Origin: Octopus sinensis
Taxonomy: Eukaryota
Direction: 5' to 3'
DNA length: 64,000 nt
NCBI RefSeq assembly: GCF_006345805.1
Contig: NC_043006.1
Coordinates: 83,452,001 to 83,516,000, forward strand
Part shown: positions 27,813-40,507 of the stretch, one piece after another
Position numbering within the stretch: the stretch's first letter is position 1
Layout: every line of letters starts with the position of its first letter
Made by a program: the position numbers and the translations under genes
The notes under the pieces: model-generated
Databases searched by the model: none
The model's input: the letters and a program-made list of their open reading frames with translations, nothing else
Told to the model about the DNA's origin: nothing

Positions 27813-28506
27813 TGGTGTGGGTAGACAAATCAGACATGCTGCTGATATTGTGTTTAAAAAAAATAGAAAAGCAAAGCAAAAAACTATTACAAAAAATCTC
27901 TGAATATAGAAGACAGTTTTCATTGATATGCATATTTGACAACTGACTTGTTTTTGTTTTTGTTTACACACACACATTGTGTCCTGTTTTTTTTTTTTTG
28001 GGGTTTTTTTTTAAAATAGTAACTGGCCCCCTGGTAAATACCATAGCTGACGCCCTCTTTAATCAGTGATATACACGCATACACCCACACACTATATAAG
28101 ACCGTTATTCCACAGCCACGCTTCTCTCATAATACATCCATTGTGGCTAAAGTCGATAAGCATCAACAGAGTCTGTTAGAAACAGCAATAGTATTAGAAT
28201 TAGTTAGTATTCCTTATTCTGGCGAAATAATTTCTTCTTTCTTTCATTATGTTATGTCATAGATTAAAATAGTTCGTGATAAATCTGCACTTCATGTCTG
28301 CAAAAGTCGTTACTTCTTCTAAAAGAGCGGGGATTTCTGACTCCTTTCATTTTTGATTTTCAGATTTTGTTGGTTTTTGTTTTTATTTTTACTGTTATTG
28401 TACAACTGTTAAGTAAACTATACATAGACTAATAAAACCTTTTCCTCATACCACCAATATCAAAAAATGTTTTAAAATTTACCTAGGCATAAAGATTAGA
28501 TTTTAT

Positions 28507-29560
28507 AATAATAATAATCCTTTCTACTATAGGCACAAGGCCTGGATTTTTGTGGGGAGGGGGACACTCGATCACATTGACCCCAGTACTTGACTGGTAC
28601 TTGATTTATCAGTCCCCAAAGGATGAAAGGCAAAGTTGACCTCAGTGGAATTTGAACTCAGAACATAGCGACAGACAAAATTCCACTAAGCATTTCGCCC
28701 AGTGTACTAATGGTTCTGCCAGCTCTCCACCTTTACCTTTCTACTATAGGCACATTTTTGGGGAGGGGACCAGTTGATTATATCGACTCCAGTGCATAAC
28801 TGGTACTTAATTTATCGACCCTGAAAGGATGAAAGGCAAAGTTAATTCTGGCAGCATTTTAACTCAGAACATGATGACAGGCAAAATATTGTTAAGCATT
28901 TCGCCCGGTGTGCTAAAGATTATGCCAGCTAGCCACCTCCATAATAATAATAATAATGATGATTTCAAATTTTAGCTCAAAGCAAGCAGTTTCAGGGGAG
29001 GATGTTAGTTGATTACATCAACCCCAGTGCTTGACTGGTGCCTGTTTTATCATCCCTGAAAGGATGAAAAGCAAAGTTGACCTCAGCAGAATTTGAACAA
29101 AGAACATGAAGGCAGCTGAAATGCTACTAAGCATTTCGCCCAGTGTGCTAAACTCCGTCACCTTGATGATAATAATAATAATAATAATAATCCTTTCTAA
29201 TATAGATACAAAACCTGAAATTTTGGGGGATGTGAGGGCTAGCAGTTTTTGAGGGAAAGAGGAGTCAATTACATCAATCCCAGTATATGACTGGTATTTA
29301 TTTTCTCAACCCTGAAATGATGAAAGGTAAAGTCAACCTCTGTGGAATTTGAATTCAGAACGCCAAGACGTTTCTGATTTCCAAGGTCAGCAACTTCAGG
29401 AGGACAAGGGGTACATTTTTTTTATTGACCCTGGATGGATGAAAGCCAAAATTGACCTCAGCAGGATAGGAACCCAGAACTGTAAAAAGTTGAAAGAAAT
29501 ACTGTAAATCATTTCATCTGACACACTAATAATTCAGCCAATCTACTATCCTTGGTCAGG
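28507..29560 (-). mobile_element. Head-to-tail array of ~5-6 family B SINEs separated by (AAT)n
   Basis: Repeated units tcctttctactataggcacaaggcc...tggtact..atttatc..ccc.gaaaggatgaaaggcaaagttgacctc...gcatttcgcccag, all in the same orientation. Confidence 0.85.
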
Positions 29561-30951
29561 CAGTGTGTTGTGTTCTTGAGCAAAACATTTTATTTCATGA
29601 AACTCCGGTCCATGTAGCTCCAAATGAGTTCCAGCAATAGCTGGAAATCCAAACCTACAATGAACCAATATCCCATTCAGGAAGTGGGAGGTGGGAGAGT
29701 GTTGTAATCTCAGTCACTTATATGCCATGAAAACAGAGTTAAATTTTAGCCTTGTGAGTCTAAGGGCTCAAAACAGATCTAGGCCTGGAAAAACATGCTT
29801 TTTTTTTTTTTTGTAAAAATACTGCATTAATTTAAGTAATTATTCTAAATGATTTATTCTTTTCCACTCACTTATCCACTGCAATGCTTGGGGTATACAG
29901 CATTCTTAGTTTTTTTTGTTTTTTTTTCTGTCTGTCTGAAGCTAAAATTGGAGCAAATTTCAGAAAACATCTCATAGTCTCATGACTTTGTAGAGATGTA
30001 CTTTTATGCAAAAGTTTAGCTACCAAGGTGCTAAACTGTGACCTATAACTTGGAACATATACATGCATTCTCTTTTATGTATTAAAATTGAATCAATGAA
30101 CCCCAGCGTCTTGCTGTTGTTCATTTTAAATCAATCTACACCATGGCTGAATGGTTAAAAAGTTAGCTCCCCAACCACATAGTTTCAGGTTTGGTCCTAC
30201 TGCATGGCACCTTGAGCAAGTGTCTTTTGCTATAACCCTAGGCTGACCTAAGTTTTGTAAGTGGATTTGGTAGAAGAAAACTGGAAAAAGCTCATCATAT
30301 TTATATGTGTGTGCTTGTGTCTCATTATCTTAACATCGTATACTATTTTTAATCATTTAGTATTTAATTCTTTTCATTCCAAAGTTGTTTCTTTTGATTC
30401 TCTGATTCATTTTGCTATTCTTCTTCCTCTTGTATCATTTAAAATGACATGCTTACTGAAATTTCCATAGATCTTTTTCTCCTGTAAATCTGAGGGCTTG
30501 TGCTTATATGAAAGAACTTGTAATTCTGTTAAATATTCTTGTTACCTTGCTGGTCTTTAGTCAGATGGCTTCTTATAAATTCTATTATTTCTACAGAGTG
30601 CATTAATTACTTATTCTCTGTGGCAGTGACCTGAATAAAGATTGATGGGAATTAGCTAAACCATTACTCTTTATTGTAAATCGTTTGGTACTTTAATTCT
30701 TTGGATTGTTCAAATTAAATGGAAGACAGGGATAGCTTTAGCTTTCATCATTTCAGGATTGATAAAATAAGCATTCTGATTGATTATAATGATTAAATAC
30801 CCTTTATGGACCAATTAAAAAAATACCAATCCAAGGTAGTGGATTGGTGGTGCTGTAAGAACATCAGACAGAATACTTTGTGGTGTTTATTGTAGCTCTT
30901 TGTGATCTGAGTTCAAACCTGATCATGGGTCACCTGGGTGGGTAGACTTGT

Positions 30952-31591
30952 CCCATTAGCATTCAGATTATTCTGTCAAATCTAATGCTTACTTATTCAC
31001 ACTGTTTTGACTTAATTGGGTATTAACTTGTAGCTTTGAGATTTCAGTGATATGACTCTTTTACTCTTTTACTAGTTTCAGTCATGTGACTGTGGCCGTG
31101 CTGGAGCACCACCTTTGATCAAGCAAATCAACCCTAGGACTTATTCTTTGTAAGCCTAGTACTTATTCTATCGGTCTCTTTTGCCAACCCGCTAAGTTAC
31201 GGGGACATAAACACACTAGCATCGGTTGTCAAGTGATGCTGGGGGACAAACACAGACACACAAACATATACACACACATACACACACACACATATATATA
31301 TATATACATATATACGACAGGCTTCTTTCAGTTTCCGTCTACAAAATCTACTCACAAGGCTTTGGTCAGCCCGAGGCTATAGTAGAAGACACTTGCCCAA
31401 GGTGCCACGCAGTGGGACTGAACCCAGAACCATGTGGTTGGTAAACAGGCTACTTACCACACAGCCACTCCTACGCTGTATATTTTTTAGATTAACATTG
31501 TAGGGTAGGTGTGAGAGGCCAGATCTGGCCAGCTTGAACATAAAACATGTAGAATATTTGGGCCAGAAATATCTGGTTTAAATGCTAAAGG
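30952..31591. mobile_element. TTAA-type MITE split by a family A SINE
   Basis: Ends cccattagcatt / aatgctaaagg|TTAA (10/11 inverted match). Confidence 0.6.
31055..31472 (-). mobile_element. SINE family A copy inserted in a TTAA MITE
   Basis: Reverse complement of the family A consensus with (actctttt)n tail. MITE halves lie on either side (30952-31054 and 31473-31591). Confidence 0.85.
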
Positions 31592-32701
31592 TTAATTTGT
31601 TGCAAACATTTTGGCTGGGTTTCTGGTTTGAGGTTATCGTCCTCCTCATCAGTTTTGGTAGCCTTGTAATGGGCCATAGGCATTGCTTTCTCTCTTTGAC
31701 TAAAAGATAAAAATATAAAAAAAGTAATTTGTGGAGGAGAATGAGAAACTCTGTTAGATGCTTAAAAAAAAAAACATAAATTATCCTTATTAATTTTACT
31801 AAAATGGCTTTGCTTTGATATATATGAAAGCACCCAAAGCTGCATTTGTTGACATACCGACCTCAAATCTGAAGCTTCACATCAATGTAAGAGATTATAC
31901 TTATTTATACATTACGAGATATTTTGCTAGATAGTTTATCAGTTTGGCCTGCAAGACGCAGGTTAGCTCACCAAATTAGTAAAAATGAATGGAGCGGGTT
32001 GGAGGAGAGGAAAGTAAAGGACCTAGAAAGAGTGTTACCCTTTTTTAGTCTATTTTTATACATGCTGTGATTTATTTATTAACTGTTTTTTTTTTATATA
32101 TATATTTTTCCCCCTTATTCTTCATGAAACTTTCAGAGTTCCTTATCTTTTTGCTACAGAGTCGAGTATGATAAAAGTGATAATAGCCATTCCATGGCAT
32201 CATTGATACTGGTTATTAAACTAAGTTACAGAAACTAAAAATGTCCTTCTTTTTATACAGACTACTTATATATATTTTTTGTAGTCCTTGTCAAATGTTT
32301 ATTTGGGATGGAAGGTTGTCTTAGTAGGTGGGAGTTTTATAATGTAACAACCATTTGTTTCACTGCAACCTATTTTGTTTTCGGGTTTTCTTTTTTTTTT
32401 TATACCTCTTACATTCTACCCAATTTGCAGACTACTACTACGAAATAGGTGACTGACTTGTGAGCAACAATTTTTGTTGTTGGTTGTTGTGTTTTTTTTT
32501 ATTTTCTTTTTCTTTTATAAGAACCATAGAGTACATACACCACTCTGATGGCCAGTTTTAATTTACTTATTTCTTTTTCAGCAACTACTTATACCATAGA
32601 CTTAATTGCGGATGATGATGTTTTATTTGTTTCATGTAGGTCAAAAGAATTGGTTACAGAAGTAGGCTATCCTTATAGAAGCTTTACAATATATGTGTCT
32701 G

Positions 32702-32740
<39 letters not shown>

Positions 32741-32944
32741 TGCTTCATTGTCTTTGAGTTGTAACCTTGTTGAAGTTTACTTTTCTTTTCCATTCCATTT
32801 CATCCCAAGGTTGACAGGATGAAAATACCTGTAATGAAATTGGGTTCAAGTTCTTGAGCTCTATTCACTAAATAAATCTCAGGATGGCATATAAATAAAT
32901 AAATAGATAAATAAACAAATAAATCCTAAAATGAGGTCTAATAT

Positions 32945-33292
32945 AGGCACAAGCATGGCTGTGTAGTAAAGAAGCTAGCTTTGGAACTTCACAGTTTCAG
33001 GTTCAATTCCACTACACAGCACTTGGGGCTAGTGTCTTCTACTATAGCCCCCAGGCCAACCAACTCCTTGTGAATGAATTTCGTAGATGGAAACTGTGTG
33101 GAATCCTATCATATATATGTATGCCTGTATGTCTGTGTGCTTTCCCCCTGACAACTCTTGTTGGTTTGATATATCCCCATGACTTGGCTGTTCAGCAAAA
33201 GAGATCATTAGAATAAATACCATTTGTTTGACCAAACTCTTCAAGGCAGTGCTCCAGCATGGCTGCAGTTCAATGACTAAAACAAGTAAAAT
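32945..33292 (+). mobile_element. SINE family A copy
   Basis: Colinear with 46388-46790, more diverged. Confidence 0.8.
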
Positions 33293-36049
33293 ATAATTAG
33301 TTATTTGAGATTTCTTAAATGACACCGTTGTCATTCTTTTTGATAACCTATGTTCTCACTGCATTCAAAACATTTCTTTCGATCCCTCCCTTACTCCACG
33401 CTTTAATTTCCATTCCTTTCTGAAATGCATTACTGCTATAAATGATATGCATAGTTATAATTTAGACCCAAATGCACGATTATCTAATTCTACAACCTTA
33501 CATATATACACTTCAGTGATCAAACTGTCACAATGTTTGATATATACCATAAAATTTGTTCAATGACCTAAAACAGTTGGAAAATCCAGTTTGAATGTGT
33601 GAAACTCATATATTTACTTCATTTTTTTAGATTAAAAAAAATTTTTTTTTTTTTTTACTTTCTTTACTTTGACTATGTAGTTCAGAAGTTTACTTCTTAA
33701 CCATATGGTTTCAGGTTTAGTGTCATTGCGTGGCACCTTGGACACGTGTCTCTTACAAGAAGGTGAACTATAACTAAAGTGGAAAGCATGTGTAAGCATG
33801 TCAGGAGTCTAGTGTTGGCAGATTTTGGGAAGCATGGAATTTTCTAAGGATCTGATATGGTTCATTGCTTCGTGGTCTTATTTGAAGCAAATAATCCAGT
33901 GTTTTACATCTTCAGTATTAGATTATCCTGGAGTGTAAAAAGCATTATAGAGTTTGATTTTAAACGTTTATCCTTTTTTCCGACGCAATGAGTCACATAG
34001 GTTGAGTTGGGTTCATAAAGTTTTATCTGGTCCTTAGTTTGGCCTGATTTAATAATCAGGCTAAACTGGCCGTTGAACTCTACATTCTAAGATCCAAACT
34101 AGAATTTTGGAGGAAACCTTCCCCTCTACATTAGCTTCCATTCTGTTCTTTTACATGTCAGTTTTTATTATTTGATAATACTGTAAGGCAGGGTGCTGGC
34201 AGAACCATTAGTATGCCAGACAAAATCCTTAGCAGTATTTCATCTGTCTTTACATTCTAAGCTCAAATTCTACCAAGGTTGGTTTTGCCTTTCATCCTTT
34301 CAGGGTCAATAAAATAAGTACCAGTTGCACACTGGGATCAATGTAATTGACTAGACCTCCTCCCACTAAAATTTCAGGCCTTGTGCCCATAGGAGAAAGC
34401 ATATTTGAGAATGCTATCTTTATTTATACTTTCATTGAAATATTTTTTTTCTTTTTTCTTTTCTACTATTAAAGATATCAGGAAAATTAAGACCAGCTGT
34501 TAATTAGAATGCGACCTTCTGAAATATTTTCTTTTTGATTTGGATTATTTTCCCCCCTTAACAATCAGAATATTGCATATTTATTCATCACATAAGATAT
34601 TTCACGAAATATTTTTTGTTTCAGTGAGCATCTTGTTGATAAATGCTGACTGGTTTTCTCATGATTAATGTAGGCTGTGGAATTAAAACAGAGTTAATTT
34701 TTCTCAGTGGTCATGCAAAAGAAAGCAGAAAGAGAGAAAAAAAACTGTTTCTGTGTTATCTTTTGAAATACTGTGGGAAATCCTAAAACATAGTGAATTA
34801 ATGAGTCTTGTGAACTTTTGAGGGCTGTTAAAAAAATTACTTTCTGCATCCTCAATTTATCTGCTGAAAACGATAATGTTCTGACTATAAAGTAATTATT
34901 GAAAGAGAGGAAAAAAATTATGGATGCCAGTTTATTGAAGGAATATTCCTGTGAACAAAGATACATAAATACAAAGCTGGGTTTTTTTAAACAAGCATAT
35001 GACCTTATGTCTGTGTTTTTAAGCAAATGAGGAAGGTTTGATATTCATACTTTTCCCAAGTTTAAAAAAAAAAATGTGCATCACACTTTATATTTATGTT
35101 GGCAGCAAATGAAAAAGGTTTAACATTCATACATTTCCTAAGAACAGAGATGCATAAATACAAAAGCAGTGTTTTTAAACAGGCATAAAACCCTTTAAAT
35201 TTGTTTGTTTGCAAATGTGGAAAATTCAACAGTTATATATTTCCTAAGTCCATTAGCAACATAAGGGGAATTAAGAAAGGAAAGAGCAGTGCATAAGTTT
35301 ACATAGTACTTCTGTTTTTAATGTAGTGATTAAGAAGTCCCATTGCCTTCGATGAAACCACTGTTCACTGTGGGGTATTGAACTTTCCAATTCCCACAAT
35401 ACAAAACGAAATATAGATTTCCTGAAGACTTTTGTAATATGATGACAATAACAACGATGTTGTTCATTGCTCATGTTGCAGATGATGCACAACGGTTTAG
35501 CACAAGTGTTTAGTATGCATGATGTCCTTGTTTAACGAATGTTCAATAGAAATTACTTTAGAGTGTCTGCTGATGAAATTATCTAAAGAAAGCAGAAATG
35601 TATATGAGGAAATAATATAAGTAGTACAAGAAGGCTATAGAGGTGATATTAATATAAAAAGAAATAGAGGAGAGAGAGCGAAGGAGAAAAATGAAAGCAC
35701 AGCAGTTGGTAATTGTTGGATCTTTTGTGACAGTTCAAAATGTGATGAAAACTCATTACAGACTTCTTGTGTGTTAGACTACATTTCAGATAAGTGGATA
35801 TTCAGTATAGTGTGTGTGTGTGTGTGTTTGTTCTTTTACTGGTTCAGTCTTTGAAGTCATGTTGAGGATCTGACTTGAAGGGTTTTACTTGATCATATAA
35901 ACCTTAGTATTTATTCCAGTCTGGCACTTATTTTATCTACTTCTGTTTGTTGACTCTCTAGGTTTTAAGACATAAAAGGGGACAACATATACACAGACAT
36001 GTATACACACGTACACACACATACATGTGACAACTTCTGGACTATTTCT

Positions 36050-36282
36050 TATTTCTTTATTGCCCACAAGGGGCTAAACATAGAGGGGACAAACAAGGAC
36101 AGACAAAGGGATTAAGTCGATTACATCGAACCCAGTGCGTAACTGGTACTTAATTTATCGACCCCAAAACGATGAAAGGCAAAGTCAACCTCGACGGAAT
36201 TTGAACTCAGAACGTAATGGCAGAGGAAATACCGCGAAGCATTTCGCCTAGCGTGCTACCATTTCTGTCAGGTCATTGCCTT
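36050..36282 (-). mobile_element. Young SINE family B copy with 18-bp target-site duplication
   Basis: Direct repeat AACTTCTGGACTATTTCT at 36032-36049 and 36283-36300; many CpGs retained. Confidence 0.92.
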
Positions 36283-37530
36283 AACTTCTGGACTATTTCT
36301 CTCAACCAAATTCTACTCACAAAGTATTGGTCATCCTAAGGCTATAATCGAAGACGTTTGTACATTGAGAGTGAATGTGTTAATCACTTAGCCATACCTG
36401 CACAATAGTGTGTGCGCGCGTGTGTGTGTTTATATATCAATATGGTGGAGTTGTAATTTTTGAAATGTCAAACCATAGTCATTTTGAGACTTCACTCTGT
36501 GACTTAATTCATATAACCCTAATAATCATGGTTCCAGTTATCATCATCATTATCATCACCTTTTAATATTTATGTCCCATGCTGGTATGGGTTCAACAGT
36601 CTGATAAGATCAGATGGGTCAGAGGACTGTATCATGCTCCAGTGTCTGCTTTGGTATGGTTTCTATGGTTAGATATCATTCTTAATGCCAACAGTGTATC
36701 CAGGATGCATTCTTTTTTTTTTTTTTTTTGTGTGGCACCTGCACTAATGAGTTTGCCAAGTAACTCACTAGACTAAGATCCCTATTGACTAAGTGGGACT
36801 ACAGCAAATAGAAAAGCAACTTTATACTAGGTGATGAAAGGTTAGTGTATGAAGGAAAAGATTGAAACCAGTTTCTTCCTGTAGAGGAAATATATGGCTG
36901 TTCACATTATGTATTCTTAAATTAATTTGTTCATTCTTCTATCAATTAACAAAATAAATATCCCACTTGTGAACAACTTGCTAATGATTTTTCTTTCACC
37001 CATTATCAGAGAAACTTCTCATATAATGTTAAACCTATGATTTTTATGCACATACTTCTACTCCTAGTATTTTCCACCAAATGATATTTACCTGTTTATA
37101 TTTAAGTATTATCAATTTTCTTAAGACAAATGCAGTGTAACTTATTTTTATACCTGTTCCTAAAATCTAAATCAAATATCCTGATTAAAACAGATACAAA
37201 AACTATCCTGAAAGTTTTGTTTTATGTTCTTATCTGTTCTGCTCGAATAGAAAAAGAAAAAAGAAACCAGGATCTAGAATGTAGTCTGTATTTGTTATCT
37301 ACACCTGACACAGCTGGTTTGGCACTGACCGCAACGTAGGGTTAGATAAATATCCATGACAAAATTATGACTTTTATTTTCTCTCTTTTGTTTTTTATCT
37401 CTTGTGAATTATCTAGTTTCACTATTTAGAAATCAGTCACTGAATTTTGAATACAATTTCCTAATTTTGACACAGAGTTACACACTAGACCTGTTTTTAT
37501 AAAATTGGCAGCCCTCTTTATTCAATTATA

Positions 37531-38342
37531 TATTGGGTCATCCCATAAATAATGTGAGTTTTTTATACTTCTTTTATTTTTCAAAATTAAGATAAAGTTC
37601 TTTTTTAATCTAAAATATACTCTCCTTCATTTTCTACAATGCTCTTCCATCTATCTGGTAGACTTGTAAGGCCCATCTTCCAAAATTCACTTGTCCATGA
37701 TGAAAAATACTCCTCCAGTACTGTTCGGACTGCATCTGCAGAATTCATATTTTTTCCATCCAAATGATTTTGAAGACTGCAGAATAAATGATAATCAGAT
37801 GGGGTAATGTCCAGCAAATATGGTGGGTGGAGCATCGTTTCCCATTCAGCCACATCCAGCTTTTGGAATGTCATCCTCACTGTATGTGGCTGAGCATTAT
37901 TCTGATGGAAGATCATCTTTTGGCTTAAACCCAAAGATTGTCATTTTTCTTCTAGCAACTGACTTAAGCTGCTCAAGCTGCTCTCCATAGATCTCTTTTG
38001 TTATCATTTGCTTTGGGTTTAAAATTTCAAAATGGACTAAACCTTTCATATCCCACAAAACAGATAACAACACCTTAATATTCCTCGCACTTTCTGTTGC
38101 ATTGTTGCCTTTATTGAACTCATAAAGCAAAATATGCCAAATAAGCTCCTTTGTCATTTCTATTATAGCTTTGAAAAAGTAACTGTTAAAATTGAACTGC
38201 ACTCTTCAAAACTTGCACTATGAATAAGTTAAAATTACTACCTGCTTTTATAGCAAGTTGATGCAGGTGGTTTATCTTGACCCCCTCTGACTTTTAGTTC
38301 ATGCAATTGAAAAAACTGTGTTATCTATGGGATGACCCAATA
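37531..38342 (-). mobile_element. Mariner (DD34D) DNA transposon, internally deleted and inactive
   Basis: 22-bp TIRs TATTGGGTCATCCCATAAATAA (37531-37552) and TTATCTATGGGATGACCCAATA (38321-38342), 21/22 match, flanked by TA on both sides. Minus-strand ORFs give mariner motifs MTKELIWHILLYEFNKGNNATESARNI, KVLLSVLWDMKG, IFHQNNAQPH (HDNARPH-like), HPPYLLDITPSDYHLF (YSPDLAPSD-like) and LPDRWKSIVENEGEY. A frameshift separates the two ORFs. Confidence 0.95.
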
Positions 38343-39852
38343 TATATATATATATATGATAAATTCAGATTAGGATATCAACCTGTTATGTTAAAGTTGC
38401 AATAAAATGGATTTGTCATTGCCTTTAGCATTGGTATCATCATCATCATCATCTTTATTTTCTTTAGATTTAGTTGTTGTTTTGTCCCTGGTCATCCCTG
38501 ATCAATGAAGATTTATGATCATGGGTATTTCAGCCATGACTATCCTGTCTTTCCTTTACATGCATGAAACTCCATGACAACATCAGTGAAGGTTTCCTTT
38601 TTTAAAGATGGTTGTTAGGGTGTAATTAGAGGGAGATTTGGCTGCTATTTCTTGCACGTTGAGTTGCCACATAGAGGCTCTGTTATTGACATGATTTTTT
38701 TTTCTCTCTTTCTTTATCTCAACATAGTGTAAAATCCTGTTTTTAAAAATACAAGCCTGTCTGTTCATTCTTTGTTATGGTCCTCCTAGTCTTGCACAGA
38801 AATAGCATCTAAAGATTTTTGTAACTTCTAACACCTCTTCACCATTTCAGCTAATATTTATTTTGCCATCCCATTCTACTTTAAGTGTGCATATAGATAC
38901 TGTGAAGAAGTGTGGTCTGCTGATTAAAAAATGATAGCCATTGGAATGCTTTAAATTGATACATATGTCATTAGCTAGCAAAGCTGTGCTCAAACTTTCC
39001 CATGGATATAGTTCGAAAAAGGACCTTTGCTACTCCCAACAATCCAATAGGATGCAGGAAATCTAATATTTAATTAGTCTCTTTGCCTCTTTCACTGCCT
39101 TATCCCTCTGTTGCCCCCTGCAACCTCCCATTTTTTTTCTCTTCACACTGACATTCACTTATATTTGCAGAGAAAATAATGAATTTAATGGTGTTTTCTT
39201 ATAACGTGTTTGAGACTGGTAATGAAATATAAAGCCTGCTCAATTGGAAATCTCATAACAAAATTGAAAATAAGATACTAATGAAAGGTACAGGTGTGAA
39301 AAATGTTCAAATTGACAATTGTTCAGAAAGTAAGTTAGGGAAACATTCAGGACAAACATTGTTTACAATAAAACTTAATGGTTGGCTTGGAGCTTTATTG
39401 TGAAAGCAAATATTCTCAGATCTATAAAATACTGACTCACTAGAAAGTGTACACAAAACTGCTCTGCACACAGCTAAAGTTAATATTTAACACCTCCCTG
39501 AAATATTCTGGCTATGTTTTGATTAATTTTTTTATAATCAAGAATATTCAGAGATTTAGCAAAATAGCTGGTTTTGTCATTACTGTCCATTTTGTAGTTG
39601 TATTTCTGTTGAAATACATTGCCATTGTTTCAATTAATTTTGGAATAAATGGAATAACATTGTCATTTGAGGTGAGAGAATTGCTACTGTCAGATAGAAA
39701 TGCTTTGCAGCAATTCTTAAAGCTTTTTGCAATCTGAGTTCAAATACTGCTAAAGTTGACTTTGCCTTACTGGAGAGGGGGGTCAATGTAATTGACTTAC
39801 CCCTCACCTCAAAATTCCTGGCCTTATGCCAAAAGTAGTAAAATGTTATGAA

Positions 39853-40072
39853 CCCTTTCATTACCAACCCAGCTGAAACCACCTCTGGCTCGGAGTACAA
39901 ATATCTTGTTTTCATAAGTTTTGAATTAAAATCTTTCACCAAACCTTAGTCACAATTTATGTTCCTAACACTAGCTGAATGATAACTAAATTATTTTACT
40001 AAATTCTTTGTTATGTTTAAAGTAATTGAAAGAAACACAGAGCATCTCAAAATAAATGCAGTAATGAAAGGG
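39853..40072. mobile_element. TTAA-type MITE
   Basis: Perfect 12-bp TIR CCCTTTCATTAC / GTAATGAAAGGG, flanks TGAA and TTAA. The interior is related (reverse orientation) to 44260-44476, 54567-54788 and 56331-56519. Confidence 0.8.
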
Positions 40073-40274
40073 TTAAGGTGGTGTTTGGAGTAGGATATTT
40101 TGATGTGAGGTTTTAATTTAAAGCACTTTAAAATAAAATTGTAATGTAGCATTAGGGATGGTCGCAGACATGTTGATATCAAAAGGATTAAGATGGTGTT
40201 TGGAACATAAATTTACAAAAGGTTCTTACATTAAATTTTGACTGACGGATTTTATTTTAACTATGGACACTTTA

Positions 40275-40507
40275 GGCAGCGAGCTGGCAGAATCGTTAGC
40301 ACACCAGGCGAAATGCTTAGCAGTATTTCATCTGCTGCTACATTCTGAGTTCAAATTCCACCGAGGTTGACTTTGCCTTTCATCCTTTCGGGGTTGATTA
40401 AATAAGTACCAGTTACGCACTGGGGTCGATGTAATCGACTTAATCTGTTTGTTTGTCCTTGTTTGTCCCCTCTGTGTGTAGCCCCTTGTGGGCAGTAAAG
40501 AAATAAG
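40275..40507 (+). mobile_element. SINE family B (tRNA-like head ggcagcgagctggcagaatcgttagca; central gactttgcctttcatcctttcggggt...aagtaccag box resembling the Nin/Deu domain)
   Basis: Most abundant repeat here. Copies at ~5999-6200, 6230-6445, 7680-8175 (split), 23865-24030, 24490-24655, 25860-25985, 26095-26305, 26800-26995, 28507-29560 (array), 34190-34400, 36050-36282, 39700-39845, 50530-51125 (array), 53030-53180, 55340-55480 and 63930-64000. The domain name is recalled and tentative. Confidence 0.88.

Noticed and set aside
28507-29560. Repeat array as CRISPR or satellite
   Set aside because: Units are ~200-bp diverged SINEs also dispersed elsewhere; eukaryotic context with no repeat-spacer structure.
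31605-31660. Minus-strand CTGATGA-GGAGG-acgataa-CCTC-AAAC hammerhead-like relic
   Set aside because: G12 missing, and no stem I or NUH triplet at the right position.
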